47,239 bases of DNA from Spirogloea muscicola (taxonomy: Eukaryota), in contig WELB01000008.1 in the NCBI GenBank assembly GCA_009602725.1, positions 21,980 through 69,218 of the forward strand, in the 5' to 3' direction. The position numbers and the translations under genes were made by a program. Each line of letters starts with the position of its first letter. The first letter of the stretch is position 1. Shown here piece by piece: positions 12,301 through 22,750 of this stretch. Under the pieces are notes generated by a model, which was not told the origin of the DNA, did not search any database, and saw only the letters and a list, made by a program, of their open reading frames with translations.

Positions 12301-13152
12301 GTAAGTAAATCTTGCCACCTGGGTTAAAGGAGCTGGAACAATCCAGTTTCCAGGCAATCAGCTCAGCTGGTAGAGTGCCTCGTTAACACCGAGAGAGTCA
12401 GCGGTGCAAATCGGCTGCCAGAGGCAGACACCGGCCAGCTGCGATCGAGAAGCTGTCAGTGTTCACCGAGCAGCCAAGCGAGAGGGGGCTTACCTTGTTG
12501 GCACCTGCGCCGGCGACCAACGAGACCGGCCAGGCTACGAGGCAGTGGAGGAGCAGGTAGAGGTTTGACCGCAGCGCGTACTGGGAGCTGCGCGACCCGG
12601 CACGACGGCGCCTGCCGCGTCAGTAAGGGCCGGGGCGGCCGTAGTGGAGCTGGTAAAGGCTCTGGCTGGCCGCCTCTCCAGGGCTTCCAGAGCTTCTACC
12701 GTTAGCTATTCGATATTTGATCATAGATATTCAGTGATTGCATATCGATGATTCTCAATACTCATTTGATAATCAGTAATCAGGCAAATTCCTGCCAAAG
12801 AATCAAAGTCTGAACCGGTCGTCGTAGACACTCCGGCAGCGGCGGCGGCAGCGGCGGCGCCGACGGCGGCGGCGGCGGCGGCGGCGGGCGCCGGACCTGT
12901 ACTCCCAGGTCTGGAGGCCGGCGCCGTGGAGGAGGTTGTGGAGCGGCTCCCAGTAGTTGAACACCTCGTCGCAGTCGTGCACCAGATTGTGGCGCGCGCT
13001 CACCAGCCGCGCAGCCAGCAGCACCGCCAGCGCCGCGCCGAACGTCACGCCGCCGCCGCCGCCGCCGGCGTCGGAGGTATCGCCACCTCCGGCGTTGGAG
13101 CCGACGCCAATGCCGTCGCCTCCGCCCTCGCTCTCGCCTTGCGGCGATAGGG

Positions 13153-13184
<32 letters not shown>

Positions 13185-13236
13185 CTGGCCGGCTCCAGCT
13201 CCTCGTCGCGCTCCTCGTCGCGCACGCCCCGCGGCG
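9322..13236 (-). CDS. ALG9: Dol-P-Man alpha-1,2-mannosyltransferase ALG9 (5' end lost in N gap; one apparent frameshift)
   Basis: Exons encode HDCDEVFNYWEPLH...GLQTWEY, SQYALRS, GWPFA, YNV...LYGTE...YLRN, HKEER-FLFVIYP, CVGSEWHRFPLSFFLP...GFRGLLP; last exon ends ...YRLLKRTGQS* at 9322. Confidence 0.9.
11958..12030 (+). repeat. Family E retroelement 3' terminus inside an ALG9 intron
   Basis: TGAACAATGTATCGGCTTGAATTGGCCTCC...TTCATGCGCCCCGCGCGCCTTCTC matches the reverse complement of 44290-44350. Confidence 0.75.
12352..12424 (+). pseudogene. Degenerate tRNA-Val-like sequence in an ALG9 intron
   Basis: D arm GCTCAGCTGGTAGAGT; anticodon arm CTCG-TTAACAC-CGAG; broken T arm AGCGG-TGCAAAT-CGGCT; acceptor stem does not pair. 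Confidence 0.55.
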
Positions 13237-13278
13237 NNNNNNNNNNNNNNNNNNNNNNNNNNNNNNNNNNNNNNNNNC

Positions 13279-14225
13279 TCCACAACGCTTTCAAAATCAG
13301 CCCTGAAGCATTCCGGACGCTTCTCCAGCTGTTCCTGGGCCTGCCCCCGACCTGCCTGATTGGAGTAACTCAGTGTGAGTGTGGCTTCCGTACGGAGGGC
13401 GGAGACCTAGCCACCCACATGCTGCGGTGTCCCACAGGCCCTGAGGTGGTGGGCGTCCACAATCTCCTACGGGACGCCCTGGCTGTTTGTAGCTGCTTTC
13501 TTTCTTTGTGTGCTTTGGTTTCTTAGCGCTTCCTCTGGCTTCCCCTGGCGGGCTTGATGCGCGACGCCGGCTACCGCGCCATCGTTGAAGTGAGCAATGT
13601 AATGCCCATCACCACGGATTCCCAGGGAGGCCATCACCGTCGCACCCTGGACATTGTGGGTGTACAACCTGGCGGAGGCCCACGAGCTTTGGTTGATGTG
13701 GTGGTGACTGAGGCATACAAGAGTTCCGCTTCCACACACATTGCTGGCCACGCAGTGGGAGGTGCTGAGCAGAAAAAGCTCCGACACTACTTAGACTACC
13801 CCCGCAGTGACCACCTCCTCCCGGCCGCAATCGACACTTTCGGCTGCTTGGGTCCTCGCTTCCATACCCTACTCGAGAACATAGCGAGTCTGGGATATGC
13901 ACGACGCGAGGATATGCTCCCAGCCCAGATGGGTATGCAGGCAGCCTATCTGTCATTTCTGCGACGTCGAGTGTCAACCTGTCTGCAACGAGCTCAGGCG
14001 TATGCTCTGCATCAGAAAGCTGGTCGAGCCTTAGCTGCTGGCACAAGAGCTAGTCAATTGCCGTCCGGTATTCGAGCGTCAGCTAGCGACCTCTATGTGC
14101 TGACTCGTGGTTACTGAGCGGGTCAGCTTAGCAGCAGGTGACGTACATTTGTCCAATGTGCTTGCCTTTGTACTTGGCCACACATGGCCTCCCCATCTCT
14201 TAATATACACGCATTTTCCTGGCGC
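13279..14225 (+). mobile_element. CRE-like retrotransposon, family A variant (zinc knuckle, RLE, 3' UTR)
   Basis: QCECG...HMLRC, HNLLRD, RTLDIV, LVDVV, AAIDTFG, SDLYVLTRGY*; homologous to 28150-29010. Confidence 0.85.
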
Positions 14226-14249
14226 CTCGCGGTTCCGCTGGTCCGCGGA

Positions 14250-14625
14250 AATGGAGTGTGTATTACTTGATGGATTATGTGACAGTGCCTGAGTGGCCAA
14301 GCACATTGACAGATGTCCATCACATGCTGCTGAGCTGACCCGCTCAGTAACCACGAGTCGGCATGTAGAGATCGCTAACTGACGCCCGAATACCGGACGG
14401 CAGTTGACAAGCCCTTGTGCCACCAGCTAAGGCTCGACCAGCCTTCCGGTGCCAAGCATGAGCCTGAGCTCGCTGCAGACAGGCTGACGCACGTCGTCGC
14501 AAAACGACAATTAGGCTGCCGGCATGCCCATCTGCTGGAAGCACGTCTTGCATATCGTAAACTTGCCATGTTCTCAAGTAGGGTATGAAGACGAGGAGCA
14601 TGCAGCCAAAGGTGTCAATTGCGGC
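14250..14625 (-). mobile_element. Family A 3' fragment, tail-to-tail with the preceding copy
   Basis: RRRASACLQRAQAHAWHRKAGRALA...SDLYMPTRGY*. Confidence 0.8.
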
Positions 14626-15013
14626 TGGCTCTGAGATTCTTTTGGGGACTTGCAGTTCAAGCCCTTGCCCCCTTCAGGAGAGCCACTTCCTTTGGAAGAG
14701 CTCCATCTTCTGAGGGGACTATTGGCTGCAATGGCTTCACAAACCCCGGACCCTGGACAAGCCTTCGATCAGCAGCTGCAAGTAGTCAGCCGAAGGACAC
14801 CTGTAACAACCAGTGCGAGGTGGAGGAGGTGTGGGTGCCCTTCACCAACCCGCCTGCGCTTGCAGCAGCCTCTTAGGTGGCCCTCGAGGGCAGCACCCAT
14901 TCCCTATCCCAGCACAACTGGCCCACTTCCAAGTTATCGTATTACTTGTTCAGGATTACACGGCAGTGCACTCAAGCAATCCAAAGTTTATTTTATTGGT
15001 GACGTATGCAAGC

Positions 15014-16302
15014 TCACGCGACCTTGCGCTGCAGATATTGCTTCAGAAGCTCGTGGCACACAGCATGCTCCTTGAGGAATGTCAGCAGCATAAACGTGTG
15101 CACCGAGCCCTCAAAGTCCAGCACCTCAGCATCCACGCCTTTAATCTTCAGCACCTCCGCATAGGCAACGCCCCGATCATGCAGCAGGTCCTTGCCTGCT
15201 ACAACCACGAGTGTGGGAGGAAGCACGCCCAGGTCCGGGTGCTCGAGGCTCAGGGGATTGGCAGCCCAGTGGTCCCGTGTGGCCCCTGACGGCAAGAACC
15301 GCTGCCACAGTCCGTCAGCCACGGGCAGCGACAGGATGTCTCCATCAGCATGTTCCAGTTCCGAGGGCAGCCGCTGCACGCCACCGAAGAAAGGGCAAAG
15401 CAGGATCTGGCAGAGGATGCGGAGGGGACTTGCGGCGGCGGCTTTAGTGGCACCACCAGCGCACTCTCGCATGACGACGTGGTGCGCGATGTTAGCCCCC
15501 GCGCTGTCCCCCATGACAATGACTTTTCCCAGGTCCGCATACTTTGCGATGAACGGGTCCACATCTGGCCCGCCTCGCTGCATTGTCAACCACGGCTCTA
15601 AGAGCATGATGGGGGAGCTCGCAGTCATCACGAGCACCACAATGCAAGTGCAGGGAGCAGCAAGACAGGAGGTTGGCCAGAGATTGCTTCCCGTGCCACC
15701 TGTTGCAGAGCTGCACAAGACATCCTGCGGGTCTACATTGCAGCACAAGGTGACAGCCACGGCCGCAGCAAGGACAGGCAGCCAGCCAGCCGCCTTCAAG
15801 CAAAGGTTCCGAGGTCCGCGAGCAGCACCTGCAGCCACTGGAGGGCGGCGGTGCCATCGTCGTAGGCGGCGGGGAAGGGGTGCTCGGGCGCCAGCCGGTA
15901 GTCGACGGACAGCACGACGGCGGACGATGTGGCGGCCAGCTGCCGGCAGAAGCGGTCGTATATCCACCCGAACGGGCTGAGGTACACGAAGCCGCCGCCG
16001 TGGAAGTAGACGACCAGCGGCACCCGCGTCGCCGCCGCGGCGCCCATTGCCAGGCCTAGCTCCGCCGGCGGCGGCGTCGCCGCTGCGCAGGCGGCCGGGA
16101 AGAAGGCGCGGCCTTTGACGGCGCCGCCGAGGTCGACGTCGCGCGAGGCCACGCCGGCGCGGAAGGCCAGCGACGGGCTGCGCCGCCGTACCAGGACGAA
16201 GTCGTGCACCCAGCGGCGGACGCTGCCGTCGGGGCGGTCCAGCAGCAGCGGCGTCAGGTACTTGAGCACCGCGCTGTTGACGGCCAGTGCCAGACTCTCC
16301 AT
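15014..16302 (-). CDS. Carboxylesterase of the CXE/GID1 (HSL-type alpha/beta hydrolase) family; 2 exons (16302-15829, 15577-15014)
   Basis: VVYFHGGGF, SVDYRLAPEHPFPAAYDD, GDSAGANIAH, KDLLHD, GSVHTF; Ser-Asp-His triad intact; phase-0 GT-AG intron. Confidence 0.92.
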
Positions 16303-16659
16303 GCCGCCGCCGCCGCCGCCGACGACGCCGCCGCAAGCGCGGCTTACCGCCGCGGCAGCTCAGGCGCGCGTCCGCCCTCCGGCGCTACAGAGAGCGCGGG
16401 GCACCGCTGTCCGACCGGCGCAGCCTCAACGCTGGCCAATGCCTGCCTCCGGGTGCGCGGGGCCGCAGCCCGCCATGGCCGAGGCCTCGCGTCGCGGCGG
16501 CGGCGGCGGCGGCGGCCTTGGGGTGTCTGCCGCCGCCTGCAGTTGCCCCCCCATTGTTAGCACAGCTAACGTGAGGAGGGTGACATTTGCCACCTGTCCC
16601 CGTCACGGCGCGTGCTTCGAGGTTTGGGTGGGGGGGGTTCGACAAAGAAACGGCTCTTC

Positions 16660-16760
16660 CCATGTAAGGCGATGGCTGTGACAGGCCAGCCCACAGAACT
16701 GTACAAAGAAGAACGACTCCTCCAGTAGAGGGCGATGACTTGGATTGGCCAGCCCAGGAA
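16660..16760 (-). repeat. Two tandem family F repeats upstream of the CXE gene
   Basis: Reverse complements of GGGCTGGCCAATC(A)CAGYCATCGCCCTCTACTGGA. Confidence 0.7.
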
Positions 16761-17022
16761 AATTTTGAATAGAGTCTGAATGTACAAAGTCTGAATGTAC
16801 AAGCTTTGCTCAATGCAAACATGATGGAGTACTGTAACCAAGCAGTTTACAATTGGTCTGCTGCAGAGTCGCAGCAGACCAGGGTGAGGTACACGCCAGC
16901 CTCAGGTGGCCCATGGAGACCCTCTCAATTTGCTGCTGCAAACGAACCAACGAACCTCCTAATCTGAACGAGCCTCTGCTCTCGCAGACTGTGCATTGTA
17001 TTTGGACAGATCAGTACAAGGG

Positions 17023-17910
17023 TGTTGAATATAGAAATATGGTGAATCAGTGGGTTGGTAGAATCCCCCATTCCGCTCATTCTGCTAGGCCGATGAGAGT
17101 CTCCCTAGATAAGGGAGGCTCCGGCAGATGACAGGATAGGCCCAAAAAATCTTGTGGCTCTAAGTACGGCGAAGCGGCGCTGTATGCGCGGCGGCTCTGT
17201 GTGAGGCGAAGCGGCGCTGTGTGCGCGACGGCTCTGTGCGGCGAGGCGGCGCTGTGTGCGCGGCGGTTCTGTGTGAGGCGAAGCGGCGCTGTGTGCGCGA
17301 CGGCTCTGTGTGCGGCGAGGCGGCGCTGCGTGCGCGGCGGCTCTGTGTGCGACTAGGTGGCGCTGCGTGCGCGACGGCTGTGTGTGCGGCAAGACGTTGC
17401 TGTGTGTGCGGCCAGGTGGAGCTGAGTGCTCGCCAGCTCTGTGTGTAATCAGGCAAGCCTTTGTGTTACTCTGAACTCTTTGTGACCATGTCTGCGTCTG
17501 CATCTGCGCCAAGACGGGGACGGTCTGCTGGTCCTCTCACATCAGGACAGGAAGTGGCTGTAAGACATGAAGGACAGGTACAAGATGTAGATCGTGAACA
17601 GCAGGTTCAGGTTGCAGGACAAGGAAGGCGAGGGCAGGCGGAGCAAGAAAACTTTCAAAGGGCATGAACATTCTCCAGACGCGCGTCATGCAGCAATTCC
17701 CTCCAACCAACTAACTCGTCATTTGGACTTGGGAGGGAGGGAAGTGGGGAGGGGACTCACCAGCAACTTAAAAGGCCTTTGACGCATAATCTGTATGAGG
17801 ACAGCTAAGCAGAAATGTGTGTATAGATCGAGGTGTATCAACTAAAACCCATTCCTGTGAGACATCTTCAACAAAAGACCGACTGTCAGCCGCCTGCCCT
17901 TTGCCCTGTA
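17023..17910 (+). mobile_element. Copia LTR-like copy (possible solo LTR); 3' end uncertain
   Basis: Begins TGTTGAATAT, aligns with 26720-26825, and shares the GRSAGP/Q-rich block. Confidence 0.6.
17165..17445 (+). repeat. Minisatellite of about 31-33 bp units
   Basis: About 8 copies of GGCGARGCGGCGCTGTGTGCGCGRCGGCTCTGTGTGM, degenerating 3'. Confidence 0.9.
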
Positions 17911-18544
17911 TTTCACAATGTTCGCAGAGCTCCAGCAGTAGCCCCCCCAGCACTCCTCTTGCTATCCTCGATCTGCTAATCCTGGACCTGTACTATGGCC
18001 TTGCGAAGTTCCTTCAGGAATAGAATTCATCACAAAATATGCAGCTACTTCTGGCACCTGAACACAGTGGGAGTTCTGCCAGAACCCTGAAGCAAGTGGT
18101 TGTTAGTCAGTACGTTGGCCAAGGCTGTGCTCCTGCAACAGCTCCCTTAGCCCTCCAAGGTGGTACTCGTTCCAGTCCAGGGGGCACGTAGCAGGGAAAC
18201 ACAGACAAGGGGTCAATGGAGGAGGCGTCAAACATCATGCAACATTGTTCAGGTGGTATGATGCAGACCACTTGAGTACTGGTCAAGACTTAAATAATCG
18301 AATCAGTTCAGTACAATCTGCCTGAGATCCTGCAGTACGGTTGGTGGAAGGACAAGCCATATCGTGTCCAGCATGTCGCCCTCTCCAGAGGCTGCATAGC
18401 CTAGTCACTGTGGTAGACGAAGATGGCAGCCTGTGGCAACCGCCTGTAGCCCACGAGGACAAATGACCAAGCCTGCGAGTACACAATTGCGTCTGTTTGT
18501 GGGATAGGAAGGACAGTCTGGTTACAGTTGCTCCCAGGGTCGAC

Positions 18545-20727
18545 CTAGGCAGCAACTGCCTGCTTCACCAAGATCCGCTCGAAGACCTCGCAGATCTTCA
18601 GACCGCAGATGGTCTGGAAGAGGCCGGTTCCGTTGTTGCTCCCTGGGAAGTCAGCGTGCTTCAGCATCTGCTGTGTGATCTCGCCATAGAACTTGGTCGA
18701 GGTGTTGCTCAGGTGGCTCTCCACATAGATGAGCTCCTCCAGCCGGTCAAATTGGCCGTCCATCTCAACAACAGATACCTGCAAGACCACGTGGAGGCAA
18801 GTACCACACTCGTTACTATTGTGCATTGCTCCGATGCCGGCAGAAACTGTTTTGGACCAAGCTCATGGCCAGGACGAGCCAGAACAATGCTTGCATGGCC
18901 AGGGTGGCAACTGCGATCAGTTGTCCGAGCTTCCATTATAGCACATTGCATGAAGAGGCCTGACCACTTGTTTGAGGACCTTACCTCATGGCCGTAGTAC
19001 GAGTCAGGTCCATAGAAGAATTTGATGCCAGGGTAGGAACAGGTCAGCTTCCGGCCACAGGGTATCCAGGATATAGTGGAGCCCTCGTCGAAAAGGTACA
19101 CGGGGTCAAAGTTCTTGACGCCCTCCTTCATGATCATACGCACCCGCAGTACCTTGCCCTCATTATCGTCAGGAATGAGCTGCGTAGGGAGGACCTGAAT
19201 GACGATGTCTGCGAATTGCTTCTGAGGGTCTGCGCTAGCAGCCCACCGCAAGCATCAACTGGTCAGAATCATATCTGCAACATTTGGTCGAAGTCGTATC
19301 TGCAACTCCTATATGTGACCAGTACATCACATTGCGGAAGGGCAAGAGGAGTGATGTGCCTCCACTAATCTGAATCAGGCCTGAGCAAGCTAAGCCCATG
19401 AGTGGGCTAAGCTATCAAAGTGCATAGAATGGGCCCTTACCAATGAAGGCATCAAAGTCGGGCTTCCTAGCTGCAATGCTGGCTTTGATGCTCTCCAGGC
19501 TGTGGCCACGCTCAGCCATATCTCTCTGTACAAGCATGTGATGACCAGCTGTCTAAGTGGGGAGGGCTGAGTCCTTATAGCTTACACTTTTCACATTTTA
19601 CTAAGGCTCTGGCCAGTGCTATATAACAAGTGCATCTGATATACACGACCAAACCCTAGCGGCTGAGCAATGTAGGGCTTTGGATGGTGCCACATCATCA
19701 AGCACCATGGACTACACCATCTCTAGGCAATGGCGAAATGCAAAGACTAGGACAATGACGGGTGTGGGATGCAGCATCTATTCCTGCTCACCTGAATCTT
19801 CCAGGCAAACTTGACATCGTCGCTGATGTCCAGGTAGATGCTGAAGTCAAGAAGATCCCTGACGCGCTCGTCGAACCTGGATCATGGTGGGTGTATTGTG
19901 AGGCTCAAGGCCAGCAAGACTATATGCTCTGTGCCAACAGAATACATTACAGATCAATCCCCCAGACAAGCAATGACTTGCAGGCCACCAAGCTGGACCC
20001 GCATGCTCTAAGGAGGGTTTAAGGCTGGGGAGAAAGTCCGCATGCGTCCTTGATCGATTAAGAAAATACATCTAAGAAACATCAAGTGACTCAGCACTTA
20101 CTCGGCTGTGCATTTCTACCTCTGCATCAACATAACGGCAGTATGTGATACATTTGCGCTTATAGTCAAGGAAGCCCAGATCCATGGCCGGCATTGACCT
20201 CAGGCAGCAACTGCGGGCACTCACATTGGGTGGAGGCCCTCGATGACGAGGATCTTGGGGGGCTCGATGACCTCGGGCGGGTCGAGGAGGCCGGTGACGT
20301 GGTTGTAGATGGGCTTCTGCACGGGCTTGCCTTCCTTGATGGCCTTCACCTGCTCGTACATGAGGTCGAAGTTGTTGGCGCGGGGGTCGAGCGCCGTGAC
20401 GGCGGCGGCCTTGCGGCCATTGCGGTCCAGCGAGTGGTAGTCGTCCAGGCAGATGACGGTCGTTGTGTCGCTGATGAGCGTATTGGAGTCGGGGTTGCCG
20501 CCCTGGGGCGGCCGCGCAGTGCCGCCGAAGACGCTGGTCATGCGGCGCATGAAGGTGCTCTTGCCGCACCCCGAGTCCGCCGCCAGGCCGATGACGATGG
20601 TCTTGTCCGCGGCCTTGCAGACCACCACCGCGCGGCGGCCGCCGCGGCGGGCGCNAAAAAAAAACAGCGGCCGCGCGGCGGCGGCGGCGGGGCCCGCGGC
20701 GAGCGCGGCCGCCATGGAGGTGGCCAT
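18545..20727 (-). CDS. PRK: Chloroplast phosphoribulokinase; 5 exons
   Basis: Ala-rich transit peptide, GLAADSGCGKSTFMRR, VICLDDYH, FDERVRDLLDFSIYLD, RDMAERGH, DPQKQFAD, WIPCGRKLTCSYPG, DFPGSNNGTGLFQT; ambiguous base at 20655. Confidence 0.97.
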
Positions 20728-20778
20728 GGCTCTGGCGGGGGGCGGTAGGGCGGGGAGGGAGGAGAAACAGCTCTTTCA

Positions 20779-20955
20779 ATGCGAAGCTGTGGCTGTGAGT
20801 GGCTAGCACAAAAAAGGGATATAGCCCCCGTTTGGTACTATGTATATTCTTTTGTCTTGGGCTGGCCAATCACAGCCATAGCTTAGAAGGAAGGACATAA
20901 CAGGGAGAGACCATTTCCAGTAGAGGGCGTAGGCTGTGAGATGTGGCCAGCCCAG
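20779..20955. repeat. Family F repeats, including an inverted pair, immediately upstream of PRK
   Basis: GGGCTGGCCAATCACAGCC at 20859 faces GGCTGTGAGATGTGGCCAGCCC ending at 20953. Confidence 0.7.
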
Positions 20956-21789
20956 AAAAACAGTGCAGGCCTGAAAGGGTCGGAAGGCGAAAAAGCAGGA
21001 CTACTCGCCAAGGCTGAAAACATCTGTGACAACTGACCGAGAAAACATGGTCAAACGAAAGAGAGGGAGCTTGGACCTAGAGCATCAGGATTATGCATAC
21101 GCAACATGCAATATAGCTGCAAGGAAGGCTATGTGGTAGGGGAGACCTTGGCGGAGCTAGCTCCCTAGGCCGTTAGTGCGGCCGCATGGGCACCACCCCC
21201 CCCCCTCCGACACTCCCTCCGCCCCGGCGCACGTGGAGGCAGAAAAGGCGAGCTTCCCCCCCCTTCTCCCTCCCCAAAGGAGCCGTATTCAGTAACACAA
21301 GAATGTGCCCTGAGAAGAGGGAATTTTTCTGAACGAGGGGAGGGAGGAGCTCGCCGGCGTGGAGGGGGGGAGAATGCCGGCGCCTCATTGGTCCGTCTCC
21401 CGAGTTATCTCGCCTTCCTCCGGGGCGCGGCGCATTTTTCGACCAATCAACGCCCACTTTCCCACCCGGGGTGGTGCTGACGTGGCGCGTCTGCTGCCGC
21501 AGGATCGCGTGCCGATGCCCTGAGCTCGGTGTGTGCTTCGCTCACTCCGCCTGGCTGTGTGGTGTTGTGTGGTGTCAGCGCCGTTCAACGAACAACACCT
21601 CTTCCAAATCTGAGGCAGTGGCTGTGAAAAAGACAGTGGCTCTCCCGAAGTGGCAGTGGAAGGCCAGCCCAAAAAAATGGACAAGGTCCAAAGAGCCCAG
21701 AAACAGCTTTTCTGAAATGATAGCAATCGCTGACTGCAAAAGCTAGTACGTGAAGTTAGGGCTACGTAGAACGAAGAAAGAAGGTCCTC

Positions 21790-22750
21790 CCACAGCATGC
21801 GGTAGCTTCAGAAGACCAGCCTAAAATTTCGGACGCAGTCTCGAAGATTCCCCAACCCGAAAATACCAAGCTCTCATCACTCTTCACAAGTATTCAGCGA
21901 GCAACGCAGCAGGCAAGGCCGCCAGAGCTTAGACATGGAACGAAACGCAACAAGTAGGATATTCAATAGTATACAATATCAGTGAAGCTAGATAGTCAAG
22001 AGGTCATCTTGGCACATTCAATTATTGTCTCTACTGCACCCTGGAATGGGCACCAGTGCTTGCCTTAGTTAGTGGGTCTTTCATACGTCCAGGCAACCAC
22101 TTTCTTGATAGGGGTTCTGCACACCTGGAAAAATGGGATAGAGACAATCAACAAAGTGTACATCACCTTGAGTATGGATTAACCTGGCCCCACCGCACTG
22201 GCCGAGACCTTCAAAATCCTCACCTCGACTAGACTCTTTCACAAAGCCTCTCTCACTGATCTGAGTATAGGTGTGATGATCACAGCGCCTGCCTACGATG
22301 TACAATGTACAATGTAGAGAGTGTCAGGTGCACTTGCTGACCCACCACTCTCAACAACGAAAGCCGGCCCTTGCTGCCACTCTTCCACCTCAGGAATGTA
22401 AATCTGAGCCCCAAAGCTTTGTCCTTCAACATTAGCCGCTTGATGCAACGTCCACAATCTCCCATCTTCAAAGTGGTCATGAACTATGACATTCTTGTGG
22501 GTGGTGGTTTGAGTACCTATGACGAACGTCTTTCACGCCTAGTGGAAAGCTTGGACTGTGCCGAGGAGGAGAGTACGTGGCACTCACTTCCACCTCTTCT
22601 GGATACCTTCAGATTATATTGTGTGGGACGCCTTCTGCCTAATATATATGTATATATATAACACAATATAATTTACGGTAAACAGAATTGAGTGGAATTG
22701 AGTGCCACGTACTCTCCTCCTCGGCACAGTCCTAGCTTTCCACTAGGCGG
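21790..22750 (-). pseudogene. Rearranged duplicate of the kelch gene's last exon and downstream flank
   Basis: 21790-22460 is colinear with 29780-30445; 22465-22610 carries the preceding part (ILVGGG...ESLDCAEEESTWHSLP) inverted; deletions and frameshifts. Confidence 0.8.
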
